From Octopus sinensis (taxonomy: Eukaryota): DNA of 64,000 bases. Under the pieces are notes generated by a model that saw only the letters and a list, made by a program, of their open reading frames with translations, ran no database searches and had not been told where the DNA came from. The translations under genes were made by a program, and so were the position numbers. The DNA lies in contig NC_043012.1 of NCBI RefSeq assembly GCF_006345805.1, positions 36,704,001 through 36,768,000 of the forward strand, in the 5' to 3' direction. Of this stretch, positions 11,920 through 24,451 are shown one piece after another. Each line of letters begins with the position of its first letter. Within the stretch, counting starts at the first letter, position 1.

Positions 11920-14681
11920 ACACACACAGACACACATACTGTGAGAGACAAAGAATCAGAGACAGAGGATGAGTAAATAACTGAATATTATCGTTTGAAA
12001 ATTAATATTCATTATCATTTTCTATAAGCACTCAGAAATTTGCTAAAAGTTAAATTACAATTATTGTATGTGTGTCACATTCCTTGATATTATCCAATTA
12101 CTGATGGCAAATGTATTCTTCAAAAGTTACCCATCATATGATGGGTAACACTAGTGTTAATATAAATTTGTTTATGCTTTGCAATAATGTTGTATAAGAC
12201 TACTTTGATATAAAGTCATCAATGTTATGCAACAGTGTTGTATGCAAGACTATTTTGATATAAAGTTTGTTAATGTTAGAAATAGATCCTGTTGGATACA
12301 AGACTCAAGCTTTGTGAGAGAAACTTTGTAGATGGAAACTGTATGGAAGCCCTTCTGACAGACTCTCCCTGTAATTCAAAAGGTCAGCTTTGTCACAGTT
12401 ATGCTGGTTTTTTTTTTCCATGAATTGTGTTTAGTATACACATGTCTGGAATACTCAGCCACTTAGATGCTAGTTCAGTAATGATCTGTTTACATACAAG
12501 AAATACTTCTACCTTACATTTGCGGGGCAGGTGAATTGTGGTGTGCAATACTACCCCCCCCCCCCCAAAAAAAACAAAGGTTACAAAACGCTGGCTGAGA
12601 AGTAAACTCTTACACAAACAATTTCCTCCGTGTCATAATTCTTTGTTTTTGTTGGTGTTTAGTGTAAGGTGAGCCATTTTTTAACAGAATTACGATGGAA
12701 AATGTTCCAAAATAACTTATTTACACCACAAATATATCCAATCCTAAAACAAAGTATTCAGACGAGAATAATTAATTCATTTAAGTTCAGAGAAGGAAAG
12801 CAACGTTGTCATATTTTTTGGACAAATTAATTCGATTGTTGAAAAAAACAAAACAAAAAAAAACACAAGAATTAAAAAAACTAATTTTGTAGTCCAAGGG
12901 AGGTAATTTTTTCTTTTGGAACGACCCACGAAAAGAAATGAAATGAGATTAGTGAGATACCCGTTCAGCTATGGCCTCAACGTTTGAAATTTGGGGAAAA
13001 GGGCCACTCAATTAAATTCGTACTTATTTTATAGATCCTGAAAATACGAAAGCTAACGTCGACCTGGGCGGAATTTGAACCGGGCATGTAAAGACAGACG
13101 AAATGCCACTGAATATCTTATTTTGTCTTTTGTGATAATGGTTCTGCTATAGACCAGGGAAATATCTCTAGGTAACAGTTTGAGGCGGTGGATTAACAGA
13201 ATCGGTAATCAACCAGATATAAAAGCCTTGAGTTATTTAGTTCTGGCCCTCTATGTCCCGAGTTCAAACCATGTTGGGGTCAACTTCATTTTCCATCCCT
13301 CCAGAGTGATAAAATGAAATCAAGTACGAAAGGGAATCAATTAATATTGGTCTGTCAGAGGCGTCTTTAAGAGATTCTGACTGAAGATCTCAAAGGAATC
13401 TTCATAATACTGCTTGTGCTTCAATGGTGGGTAGGGGTTCGAACACCAGTTGCTATTGTATTTTTGTAAGGGTTAGTGATCCCCACTCCCTACCCCACAG
13501 CTATTATTATTAGACAGGGAATAGTATCTGCACTAATAAATATCATCATCATCATCATAGATTAACGTCCACTTTTCCATGCTTTCATGGGTCCGGCAGA
13601 ACTTTGGATTTTTTACATCTGGGTGCTGTTCCTGTCTCCAACCCTCACCTGTTCCCAAGTAAAGTCATATTTTTCCTATGACCAGATATGTTTTTGCACA
13701 ATATTGGAAATGAATGACACCATATGATGATGATGCTCACTGACAACCAACATGTCATGTCCAGGCAACACTACACTAAAAAACATTTACATATGTATGT
13801 GCACACACTCATACATGCATATATATAAAGGTACTACACTACCTTGTTGCTTACTTTGGTTATGTCACCATCGTTTAAAGCCGACGTTAAACGATGATGA
13901 TATAACCAAAGTAAGCAACAAGGATATCCAAGGTAGTGTAGTACGGTCGTTTCATGCTACTTCATTTTATTAAACACTGTAAGTATTACATCAGTTTTAA
14001 AATGTCGAACAATCTTCAGCCACATATAGAATTTTTTAATTAAATGGACAATGTACATTTTTGATTTATATGGACAATACCATACCAAATTCTGGTGCCT
14101 TTAACTTAAGTACCATATTCATCTGAATCTAAATTTTGCTGAATTTATATATATATATATATATGAGAGAAAATGCAGATTATGAAGTTAATAAGAGTTT
14201 TTTATCAGCAACAAATTGAACATTATCCCTTAGGGCTGTTTCAATTATACACAGTGAATTAATTAAATATTAAGTTCGTATTTCTGAGCATAATATCTTC
14301 AGAGGGAAAAAATATGTCCTTAGATGTTTTATTTGTTTGTTCATGGTTTCATTATAGCAGACTACTATAAAGAATCCATGAAGAAACATATAAAACATCT
14401 ACGGATACATTTTTTCCCTCTGAAGATATTATGCTCAGAAATATGATTAATTGAAAACAATTTGAGTAAGTATTACATCTGACAGAATAACAAGAGTGCC
14501 AGAAGGTTAAAGACAAAATCCATTCCTACCTGCACCGAGTTGGTTATCGTTGACGACAATTTAGTCAGCTGGTAACGAAAAGTTGTCTCCCTTACATCCA
14601 GTTTTTTTCTACTCATTCTATTACTACCAGGGGCCCAGCATGTATAAAAATTCAATAGACAACATATTCTCAATATATATT

Positions 14682-14909
14682 TCTTTACTACCCACAAGGG
14701 GCTAAACATAGAGGGGATAAACAAGGACAGACAAACGGATTAAGTCGATTACATCGACCCCAGTGCGTAACTGGTACTTAATTTATTGACCCCAAAAGGA
14801 AGAAAGGCGAAGTTGAACTCGGCGGAATTTGAACTCAGAACGTAACAGCAGACGAAATACAGCTACGCATTTCGCCCGGCGTGCTAACGTTTCTGCCAGC
14901 TCGCCGCCT
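14682..14909 (-). mobile_element. Complete tRNA-derived SINE (family C) with 15-bp TSD
   Basis: Head GGCGGCGAGCTGGCAGAAACGTTAGCACG, B box GAGTTCAAATTCC; TSD TTCTCAATATATATT at 14667-14681 and 14910-14924. Confidence 0.9.
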
Positions 14910-15494
14910 TTCTCAATATATTATTTTCTCAATACATATTCTCAATATAATATAGTGTACATTTAAACACAAGAGAAACTGCCTTCAACAGGCAGCTTTA
15001 CATGCTAGAAGAAGCAGTCAAAACGACCGAAACCACATTTAAGAGCAATCTTCAAAAGGAATGAAAAATAAAAACTTCTACTTTATTTTATTCCGGTCAG
15101 ACCCTAGGTTTCTAAAATTTTTTTAGCAAATGAAATAATTTGCTTGGCGAATTTTTCATCAGTGGCCATGCCATAACACTTACATAATTAAGAGATGATT
15201 AACACGTGTCTCTTTGTTATACATGATAATTTTTCAATTGCTAAAAACATATACGTAAAATATATATAGGGTAGTGAGTTTTTTTTTTAGAAATTTCACT
15301 ACCAGTGGCCTAGCGTGTATAAAAAGTCAATAGACAACATATTCTCAATACAAAATAGTGTACATATAAACACAAGAGAAAACTTAAATGTGGTTTTGAT
15401 CGTTTTGACTGGTTCTTCTAGCATGTAAAAACTGCCTGTTGAAGGCAGTTTTCTTTTGTGTTTAAACGTACACTATTTTATATATATATATATA

Positions 15495-15790
15495 TCACAT
15501 GACCGACCAGGTTATCAGATGTTGCTACACATCACTGGTCACAATGCACTTCGCATTGTTTTAGCTTTCAAATGAGGCCATCCTGCTGGCTAAGCGAGCA
15601 GGCCAACAGCAGAAGAAAGTGTGATAGACAGCTGTGGCGAAAGAGTACAGCAGGGATCGATACCACCCCCTACTGGACCTTTTTAGGTGTTTTCACTCAA
15701 TAAACACTCACAACGCCCGGTCTGGGAATCGAAACCATGATCCTACGACTGTGAGTCCGTTGCCCTAACCACTGGGCCATTGCGCCTCCA
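15495..15790 (-). mobile_element. tRNA-derived SINE (family E)
   Basis: Minus-strand head GGAGGCGCAATGGCCCAGTGGTTAGG...GGTTTCGATTCCC (A and B boxes) followed by a non-tRNA body. Confidence 0.75.
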
Positions 15791-16107
15791 CACACACACA
15801 CATGACAGGCTTCTTTCAGTTTCCATCTACTAAATCCACTCACGAGGCTTTGGTTGACCTGAGGCTATAGTAGAAGACACTTGCCCAAGATGTCATGCAG
15901 TGGGACTGAACCCAGAATTCTGTGCCTACGTACATATACACTCACACACACATTCTTATGTATGTATGTATGTATATGATGATGAGAAAATGATGATAAT
16001 TATGTTATTGTCATCATTTAACACCTGCTTCGCATGCGTTGGTTGTTTGACAGGAGACTGATTAGCTGTAGGGCTGTGTCAAGTTCTAATGTCATGTTTT
16101 ATATATA

Positions 16108-16486
16108 TCTTTATATATAAAAGTCAAGTTGTGTGTCTGTCTCCTACGATTTAGATTCCTAACTACTCCCACATTTTGCAGTGCAGTTTAACCAAAACTG
16201 GGTATCTTATAGTCGTGATTCATATCGAGCCCTTCTACGATGAGTACGATTTTAAAAAAAAATTACCATCATTTTTTTCCATTTTAATGCATTTTTTCGC
16301 TATTATATAAGGGAAGTAACTCTCTAAAAATGTCTACGATGAGTCAATGATTTAAAAAAAAATTTACCATAATTTTTTTTCCATTTTTAATGCATTTTTT
16401 TTGCTAATTTTTGGCTATAACTCTCTAAAAATGTTTATACAGTTATTTCCCTTACAAACCCGAGCAATGCCAGGCGATACTGCTAG
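16108..16486 (+). mobile_element. Non-autonomous Helitron
   Basis: Starts A|TC, ends CTAG|T, with GC-rich subterminal hairpin-like CCCGAGCAATGCCAGG about 11 nt before CTAG; no TSD. Confidence 0.75.
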
Positions 16487-16510
16487 TATATATATAAAAT
16501 TGTGTGTGTG

Positions 16511-16624
16511 TATAAATGTTTTGAACACTTTGGAAAGAGAACCAGTTCTATGATGTAATGTTGCAAAATGACTTTGTCTCTATTCTGGTCAATTTTAGCT
16601 GTTGTTTATTGTAAAATAACCAGT
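16511..16624 (+). pseudogene. Decayed duplicate of BTB exon B 3' part plus intron start
   Basis: Aligns with 10598-10748 with an internal deletion of about 32 bp; donor degraded to GTCAAT; no acceptor. Confidence 0.85.
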
Positions 16625-17089
16625 GGCACACAAAATGCATCCAGTAAACCCTGTAATGTAGTTGGTGCTAGGAAGTCGTAGAAATCCTGCCAAAGCTGAC
16701 CCTTGAACTTTACATGCGACCCCCTGCAACTCACCGGATTCTGTCCAACCCATGCCAGTATGGGAGCTGGGCATTAAATGGGGATGAATCCTTGTGCAAG
16801 TGTGTGCTACTATAGTCCTGGGCCAGCCAAGGCTTATGCATGGACTGAATAGATGGAAACTGCAGGAAGACCATTGCATGTTTATATATAACCAACAGAG
16901 TGCCACAATGTATACAATAGCGACTGTTTAGCCATTTTCACAAAAGTTTACTTCTAAAGTTAGCAGTCTGCTACTATAGTCTTGGTAACACTAGTATATA
17001 TATATATATATTATACACCTAAACACATATTATCTCCCCTATTCTTTTAGTAATATGATTGTTTTTCCTTCATAATTTTCAATGTTATA

Positions 17090-17790
17090 TCATCATCGTT
17101 TAGCGTCCGTTTTCCATGCTAGCATGGGTTGGACAGTTCTACTGGGGTCTGTGAAGCCAAAAGGCTTCATCAGGCCCAGTCAAATCTGGCAGTGTTTCTA
17201 CGGCTGGATGCCCTTCCTAACACCAACCACTCCGTGAGTGTAGTGGGTGCTTTTTACGTTCCACCCGCACAGGTGCCAGACAGAGCTGGCAAACGGCCAC
17301 GAACGGATGGTGCTTTTTATGTGCCACCGGCACGAGGGCCAGGCGAGGCTGGCAACGGACACGAACGGATGGTGCTTTTTACGTGCCATCGGCACGAGGC
17401 CAGTCGGGGCGGTGCTGGCAACGGTCGCGAAACGGAAGGTTCTCTTACATGCCACCGGCACTGGTAACACATCTGCAATTTCCATTGATCGATTTCCATT
17501 GGGGTTCAGCACCACTGTGTGGAACCTTGGGCAAGTGTCTTCTATTATAGCCTCAGGCTGACCAAAGCCTTGAGTAGTTTTGGTAGACGGAAACTGAAAG
17601 AAGCCCGTCGTATGTGTGTGTGTCTGTACCTCCACCATTGCTTGACAACTGATGTTGGTGTGTTTATGTCCCCATAACTTAGTGCTTCAGCAAAAGAGAC
17701 CGATAGAATAAGTACTAGGCTTACAAAGAATAAGTCCTGGGGTCGACTAAAGGTGGTGCTCCAGCATGGCTGCAGTCAAATGAAACAAAT
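17090..17790. mobile_element. Two adjacent SINEs: (GAT)-tailed family A (minus, with about 60-bp internal VNTR) and family B (plus)
   Basis: Family motifs GGATGCCCTTCCTAA and GGTAGACGGAAACTGAAAGAAGCC...CAGCATGGCTGCAGTCAAATGA. Confidence 0.75.
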
Positions 17791-18863
17791 AAAAAATATA
17801 TATAAATATGAGAGATCACTTAACACTGAATTGGATTCAGCAAGGAAATCTGAAGTCAGCAAAGTTATCTCCCTTCCTCTGTTGCCTACGACAAAGGACG
17901 TTCTTGTGTGAAGAGAAGAAATAATGAAAATATCAGTGAGAAAATATGCAAAATACATCAAAGATTTGCTTCACTTTAAAGTTTAAAAAGTATTTTTACT
18001 TCATTGTAATTATCTCTCATTGTATATTTTCCTTGGCTTTCTCTAATTTAACATTCTTCGTCATGACTGTTCCTGTATTGTCTCTGTAACAATAGAATAG
18101 AAACCTGTTACATCTGTGTACTGGTTCCCCTCATTATCTTAACCATATTTCATGAGGCATGTACAACCTCTGATGAGACCCCAATAAAGTTCGAAAATCG
18201 ATCAATGCTGTTCATAACTTTTTTCAGTCTCTGGAGAAATATTTAAATTTGCTGTTTATATATCTACCATGTAGATTTACACACACACACAAATGTTGTA
18301 GTTTGGTTTGGCAGAAAACAAAAGATGAAGGCAGGTGTGAGAACAGCAAGCAGGTGTATTAGTTTGATGCTTAGGAAGAATGGAGAAGTCTTCGACGTTT
18401 CGAGTCTCAGCTCTTCAACAGAAAGGATTGAGAGGGAAAAAAATGGAGAAAGATTATATTCTTTTGTTCTTTTACTTGTTTCAGTCATTTGACTGTAGCC
18501 ATGCTGGAGCACCGCCTTTAGTCAAACAAATCGACCCTGGGACTTATTCTCTATAAGCCTAGTACTTACTTTGTTGGTTACTTTTGCCAAACTGCTAAGT
18601 TACGGAGATGTAAACACACCAACATCGGTTGTCAAGCGATGGTAGGGGGACAAACACAGATACTCACAAGGCTATAGTAGAAGACATTTTCCCGAGGTGC
18701 AGTGTGTGTGTGTGTGTATTTATAAATGTGATATAAAATTGGAAAATACATTATATTTGATATAATGTTTCAGTATTTGAGATGTACCGCTTCTTAATAT
18801 CATCTGATACTAATAAATAATTTAACAACAACTAATGCCAAATGTTTCTTTTTATAATTTCAG

Positions 18864-19937
18864 GTGCATAAAATCCTCCTCATTGCGTGCTGTCCAAAAA
18901 TCTTAGACACGTACGACTACATTATGAAAGACACCAACGTCCAAGTGTGTTTCCCCCGCAAAGTATCTGCTGACGCTCTCAGAGCCTTTGTTGATTACCT
19001 TTATAACGGGTCATTAAACTTAAGTAAATCTATCCTCGACAGCATGGAGTACCTCTCAGGGATGCTGGGTTTGGATGATATTCGTCAACTGTGCAATCAA
19101 TTTCGATTAGACTTATTTAATGATTCCAATAATGTGCCTGACAAGACCATTGTAACTGTTAGCCACTCTCAGAATACTTCAGGGCTCCATCTTTCTTTGT
19201 CGAATCCCCCAGCCACACCACCGCCACCTATAATTCGCCTCTCATCACAAACGACTTTGTCTGCAATGTCCACGACCAATATACAGATGCCATCTTCTTC
19301 TCCACACTACCAAGATAATCGGAGAGTAAGCTACTCACAGAAATCTTCAGAAAACAGATTTAATATTTTACCAGAACATTCTACAGATTCTGAGGTTTTA
19401 AATGTGAACTCAATAAAGTTAGAACCAGAAGTTGATTTGACGGTTGATGATTGCACGGAGGTGAAGCAGGAAATCGCAACGTACCAAAACAGCGAAGATT
19501 GTCAATTTGGTTCTTGGTCACAGATCGATTCTCAGAGTGACGATTCGTTATCACATCGTAAAAAGAATGACTCTGTTAATTTTGACATCCAAACCACAGT
19601 TGATCTGAGTGTAACGCCTTTAAAATCTTTCACAAGTCATTCACAAAAGACTGCTAGCCATGATGACCCCGACTTGCAAAGTGTCATAACTATATCCCCT
19701 TCAAATTCTCCACTTCACTCCCCGACTTCTGTCGATTCTTCTCCTGATGTCCAGACTTTTGAAGTAGATTCAGAAACACCAAACCTAAAGACACATCTGA
19801 ACCCTTACCCTGTCGGCTTAGTTATGGCTAACACACACAATCTCACATTAACAGAAAATAATAGGAAAAAAAGAAGCACTTTTGAAGATTTTGATGTAGA
19901 TTTTGAGTGCAAAAAGTCTAAAATGGCACTTCAGTGA
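18864..19937 (+). CDS. BTB/POZ-domain protein, terminal coding exon C (VHKILLIACCPKIL...MALQ*)
   Basis: TTTCAG acceptor, phase 0 with exon B, giving FCDAML...VHKILLIACC...ALRAFVDYLYNG (BTB core); 357-codon open frame ending TGA TAA; AATAAA at about 19951. Confidence 0.9.
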   Translation: MHKILLIACCPKILDTYDYIMKDTNVQVCFPRKVSADALRAFVDYLYNGSLNLSKSILDSMEYLSGMLGLDDIRQLCNQFRLDLFNDSNNVPDKTIVTVSHSQNTSGLHLSLSNPPATPPPPIIRLSSQTTLSAMSTTNIQMPSSSPHYQDNRRVSYSQKSSENRFNILPEHSTDSEVLNVNSIKLEPEVDLTVDDCTEVKQEIATYQNSEDCQFGSWSQIDSQSDDSLSHRKKNDSVNFDIQTTVDLSVTPLKSFTSHSQKTASHDDPDLQSVITISPSNSPLHSPTSVDSSPDVQTFEVDSETPNLKTHLNPYPVGLVMANTHNLTLTENNRKKRSTFEDFDVDFECKKSKMALQ

Positions 19938-21984
19938 TAATGAATTTGTAAATAAAGTTGTTGGTTGAATATTTTTCTTTTCCTGTTTACCATGAAAATA
20001 GCATTTAAGAATTGTGAAGATGATGAAGGACACTACATCACATCTGTTTGATGTCTTAGGAAGGAAGTACTTGGACAGCCAAACAGACAGGAAGTTTCCA
20101 GTTTCTTTCAGTTGTAGATTCTTTCTTATCCTGAAATCGAATTGAAATGGTTGATTGTTTGAAAATATATTTCAAACACAGTAACTGTTTGAAAATTATA
20201 TATACATGCTGTATAAATAAGCATTCTAAAGTGTGTATAAATAATTTTGAATCACTCTAACTCTTTCTCTAAGATAATTAAAAAGTAACTTAACGAAGTC
20301 AGTTCATTTAAGTTTCATAATAGAGACTGACTTTTGTGCAACTTTGTATTATAATAATACTAATGATGATGATGATAATAATAATATTGATAACATCAGT
20401 TGTCAAGCAATGTAATAATTATTACAATGTAATAATAGATGCATGTGCCTAGTGTACCCTTATCAGACGGGTAGTCATGATGGGTATATTGGGCTTCGTA
20501 TATTTTACCCCAGTGTCACTTTGATGGCATGAACTGCTCTCTCACTCAATAATAATAATAATAATAACAATAATAACAATGATAATATTAATAATAATGA
20601 TGATGATAATAATAACAATAATAATAATTATATTTAAAGGATTGCTGTTACTCCTCCAGAAAGTAAAGAAACATATTCTGGTTCAGAGAACCATCTAGAT
20701 AAAGACTGTTGATGAGTGATGCTGAAAATTAATTAGTCTTTAATGAAGTTTTAGGTTAATTGTAGTGAGGGAGTTCTTCTGGGATGGGTAGATGTCTTTT
20801 GTTTTTCTGGCAGCTTTCCTGAGATTGTACTCAAGTGGTCCCACTAGGATGGTATGGAGTTATTTCAGGTTGAACATTATTATTATTAGCAGCATTTTGT
20901 TCATCTTTACATCCTGAGTTCAAATTCTACTCAGATCAACTTTGCCTTTCATCCCCTCTTGGGGGTCAATAAAACAAATACCAGTCATGTACTGGGGTTG
21001 ATGTAGTTGATTTACCCCCTCTCCCAAAACTGCTGGCCTTGTGCCAAAATTTGAAACCATTATTATTATTAAAGGCAGCAAGCTGGTAGAATTGTTAGGG
21101 GGTTGGACCAAATGCTTAGTGGTATTTCTTTCAGCAAATTCTGCTGAGGTTAACTTAGACTTTTATCCTTTGAGAGGTGAGGCAACTGAGCCCTGCCCCT
21201 TCCACTGTAAATTTCTGGCCTTGTGCTTATAGTAAAAAGAAGGCAGTGATCTGGCAGAATTGTTAGCATGCTGGATAAAGTGGTATTTCGTCTGTCTTTA
21301 TGTTCTGAGTTCAAATTCTGCTGAGTTTGACATTGACTTTTATCCTTTCGGGATTGATGAAATTAGTACCAGTTAAACACTGGGGTCAATGTAATCGACT
21401 TGTCCTTCCCCACAAAATTTCAGGCCTTGTGTCTCTAGTAGAAAGGGTTATTATTATTCATTACTGTCCAGACATCTGGAGACATAGATTGTGGCGCTCA
21501 GTCTGACTATATTGAAGCATCAAACCTGAAGAATATATTTTGGAGGTTGAGGATTACCATTTTTGCTGACCATAGAGAGGGAGTGACAGTCCAATAACAC
21601 CATCGTCAAGAAGTGGTTTAGTCTCTTTCTTAATAAACATTACAAGTGGTGGAGAAAACTGGTCAGATTTTGTGGCATTTGGGTTACAAATTTTGCGTCA
21701 GTATGCAGGGGTGGTCACTAGCGTAAGTTGAGCAAAAGTAGGGTTTGATTCAATCCTCCTTTGACTGGATATATTACATAACCATGTTTCATCTTTAAAC
21801 ATTCACATTACTCTCTCAAAAGTAATTAATTATGCATTATCTCGTTTTGAGATTTAATCATGCTTTATCTCGGTTTGAGAAGCCGGATTTTGTCTGCTTG
21901 AACATAAAACAGAATATTTGGACTGGATATGACCATTTTAAATGGTAAAAGGTTAAGAAAGTCACATCTCCAAATTACATTCAG

Positions 21985-22440
21985 TGACTGGCATCTGTGC
22001 TAGTGGAGCGCTAAGAGCACCATTCGAGCGTAATTGTTGCCAGAGCAGCTAACTGGCTTCTGTGCCAGTGACATGTAAAAAGCACCATTTGAGCGCAATC
22101 GTTACCAGCGTCGCCTTACTGGCACTTGTGCTGGTGGCACGCGACAAAACATTTGAGCGAGGTCATTGCCAGTGCCGCTGGACTGGCTCCTGTGCAGTTG
22201 GCACATAAACAACACCATTTGAGCATGGCTGTTGCCAGTACCACCTGACTGGCCCTCGTGCCAGTGGCACATAAAAGCACCCACTACACTGAGTGGTTGG
22301 CGTTAGGAAGAGCATCCAGCTATAGAAACTCTGCCAGATCAGATTGGAGCCTGGTGCAGCCATTTGGTTTGCCAGTCCTCAGTCAAATCGTCCAACCCAT
22401 GCCGGCATGGAAAGCGGACCGTAAACGATGATGATGAGTT
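21985..22440 (+). mobile_element. Family A SINE with diverged about 66-bp internal repeats
   Basis: About 4 units anchored on CACCATT(C/T)GAGC and ACTGGC, then the standard (GAT)n-tailed 3' end. Confidence 0.75.
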
Positions 22441-23552
22441 CCCTGGCGTGCATTTGTTGTAGCAAAGCTGGTTGAGTTTGATGCTGTTTGTTTAGATTGA
22501 TATCTTTGCTGCACAAGCATAAGGGTCACAGTCAGAACAAGGCCCAAAATAGCATTTTTATGTTTGGGATGATTGTTTATGACAGGAACAGTAAAGTCAT
22601 TTGCTCCCTTAGGGGGTTGGACCCTGTTTTTGCTACAGTTTGTTGTAAGGTATTGAGGGAAAGTCAAGGCTGCATTTCTGTGACCAGTAACAAGAGAGTT
22701 AGTTTCTATGATTCCGAATTTGATGCAGAGTTCTTAAAGGGTGACGTTTAAATTTTTTATCTCGTTTCGGTCACAGGACTGTGGCCATGCTGGGGCACCG
22801 CCTTGAAGTGTTTAGTCAAGCAAATTGAGCCCAGGGTTTTCATTTTTCTAAGGCTTATTCTATCAGTCTCTTATACTGAACTGTCAAGTTACAAACCAGC
22901 ACTGATCATCAAAGTGGTGGTGGTGGGCCATGGACCCCCCCCCACACACACACACAATGAACTTCCACACAGTTACCATTTACCAAATTCAGTCAACAAG
23001 AAATCAGCCGGCCTGGGACTATAGTGAAAGACACTTGCCTGAGATACCGTGCTGTAGGATTGAACCTGAAACCACGTGGTTGCAAAAGTGAGTTTCTTAC
23101 ATACAGAGCCAAGCCTGTGTGTTGTGTATGGTGAAATGACATCCTGGAAATAAAGGAACCACTAACGTGCTTCTTGGAATACGTCGGCAGTTACAGCCTG
23201 AAATTGATAGTTTCTGGTCAGATTGTGTTGAATATCATAACTTAGGTTTCAGTTCCTCTTTTCACAACTGCAATTAGAAGCTACAAACAAAAACAAAAAA
23301 CAAATAAATGTTCTCTTCTGCTATTTTATCCTTCTGCATCCAGATCGCTCTGCCAAATGTAAGGTTTATTTATTCATTGCTTTGAATTAATCTTGCATTA
23401 TTTCACTGCTTCAAGGTTTCAATGATGAGATTGTTTATTTTTACAATGACATTGCAGGGTAGGTCTGAGAAGTCAGATCTAGTTGGTTATGAACATATAA
23501 TCAGGTAGAATATTTCAGCCTGCTATGGCTGGCTTAAATGCTAAAGGGTTGA

Positions 23553-23771
23553 CCCCTTCGCATTCCGATTACTCCGTCAAATGTAATACTTATTAATTCC
23601 CATTGTTTTGAATTAATCATGCATTATCTCGTTGTTTAGAGATTTCAATGATGTGATGGTTCGATTTAGAATGGCATTGTAGGGTAGGTGTGAGAGGCTG
23701 GATCTGGACAGTTTGAACTTAAAATAGGTTGAATATTTTGGCCAGATAAGGCCTGTTTAAAAGCTAAGGGG
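23553..23771. mobile_element. piggyBac-like MITE abutting a second MITE that ends at 23548
   Basis: AAAGGG-TTGA-CCCCTT junction; right end GCTAAGGGG. Confidence 0.55.
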
Positions 23772-24238
23772 TGAAAGAAGATGTGTTTGACGGTTGGCAT
23801 TGACGTAGTCCAGTCAACAATTTGCAATATGGCTTAAAATTGAAAATGAGATCAAATTGGTAAAGTGAGTCTGTTGATGGGTGTGGAAATTCAGCCTAGA
23901 AAATATTGGAATGTAGTTTCTAGTGCAGCCACTCAGAACCGTATGCGATGAAGTACCATCAAAGCTATGTACTTGAAGAAATCTTTCCTGTGATGATGTT
24001 GTTGTTGTTACAATATTTTACCATATGAAGCATTTCCTGGTTGATCTTGTGAAAATTACTATTTTTGTGTTTGACCTCAATATACTTTTGGGATGAACAC
24101 AATCATCGTGTAATGCCCATGTTCTGTGCTGGCTGGCATGGTGCGATTGTACAGTATGACAGGATCATGCTCTATACTAGATGCTTTTTTGATGCCACCA
24201 ACTCTAGCGAAGTTGCCAGCTTGGAGATAGGGGCTTAA

Positions 24239-24451
24239 CCCTTTCGTTACCAACCTGGCTGAAACCGGCTCTGGCTCTGAGTTTTGTTTTCAAAAGTTTT
24301 GAATTAAAATCTTCCACCAAACTTTAGTCACAATTTATGTTCCTAACCCTAGCTTAATGATAACCAAGTTATTTTACTAAATTCTTTGTTATATTTAAAG
24401 TAATTGAAAGAAACACAAAGCATCTCAAAATAAATATGGTAATGAAAATGG
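24239..24451. mobile_element. piggyBac-like MITE
   Basis: TTAA flanks on both sides; imperfect TIR CCCTTTCGTTACC / GGTAATGAAAATGG. Confidence 0.65.

Noticed and set aside
21985-22290. Repeat-spacer-like pattern (also at 17250-17450)
   Set aside because: The 'spacers' are mutually homologous, diverged VNTR units of the same SINE family
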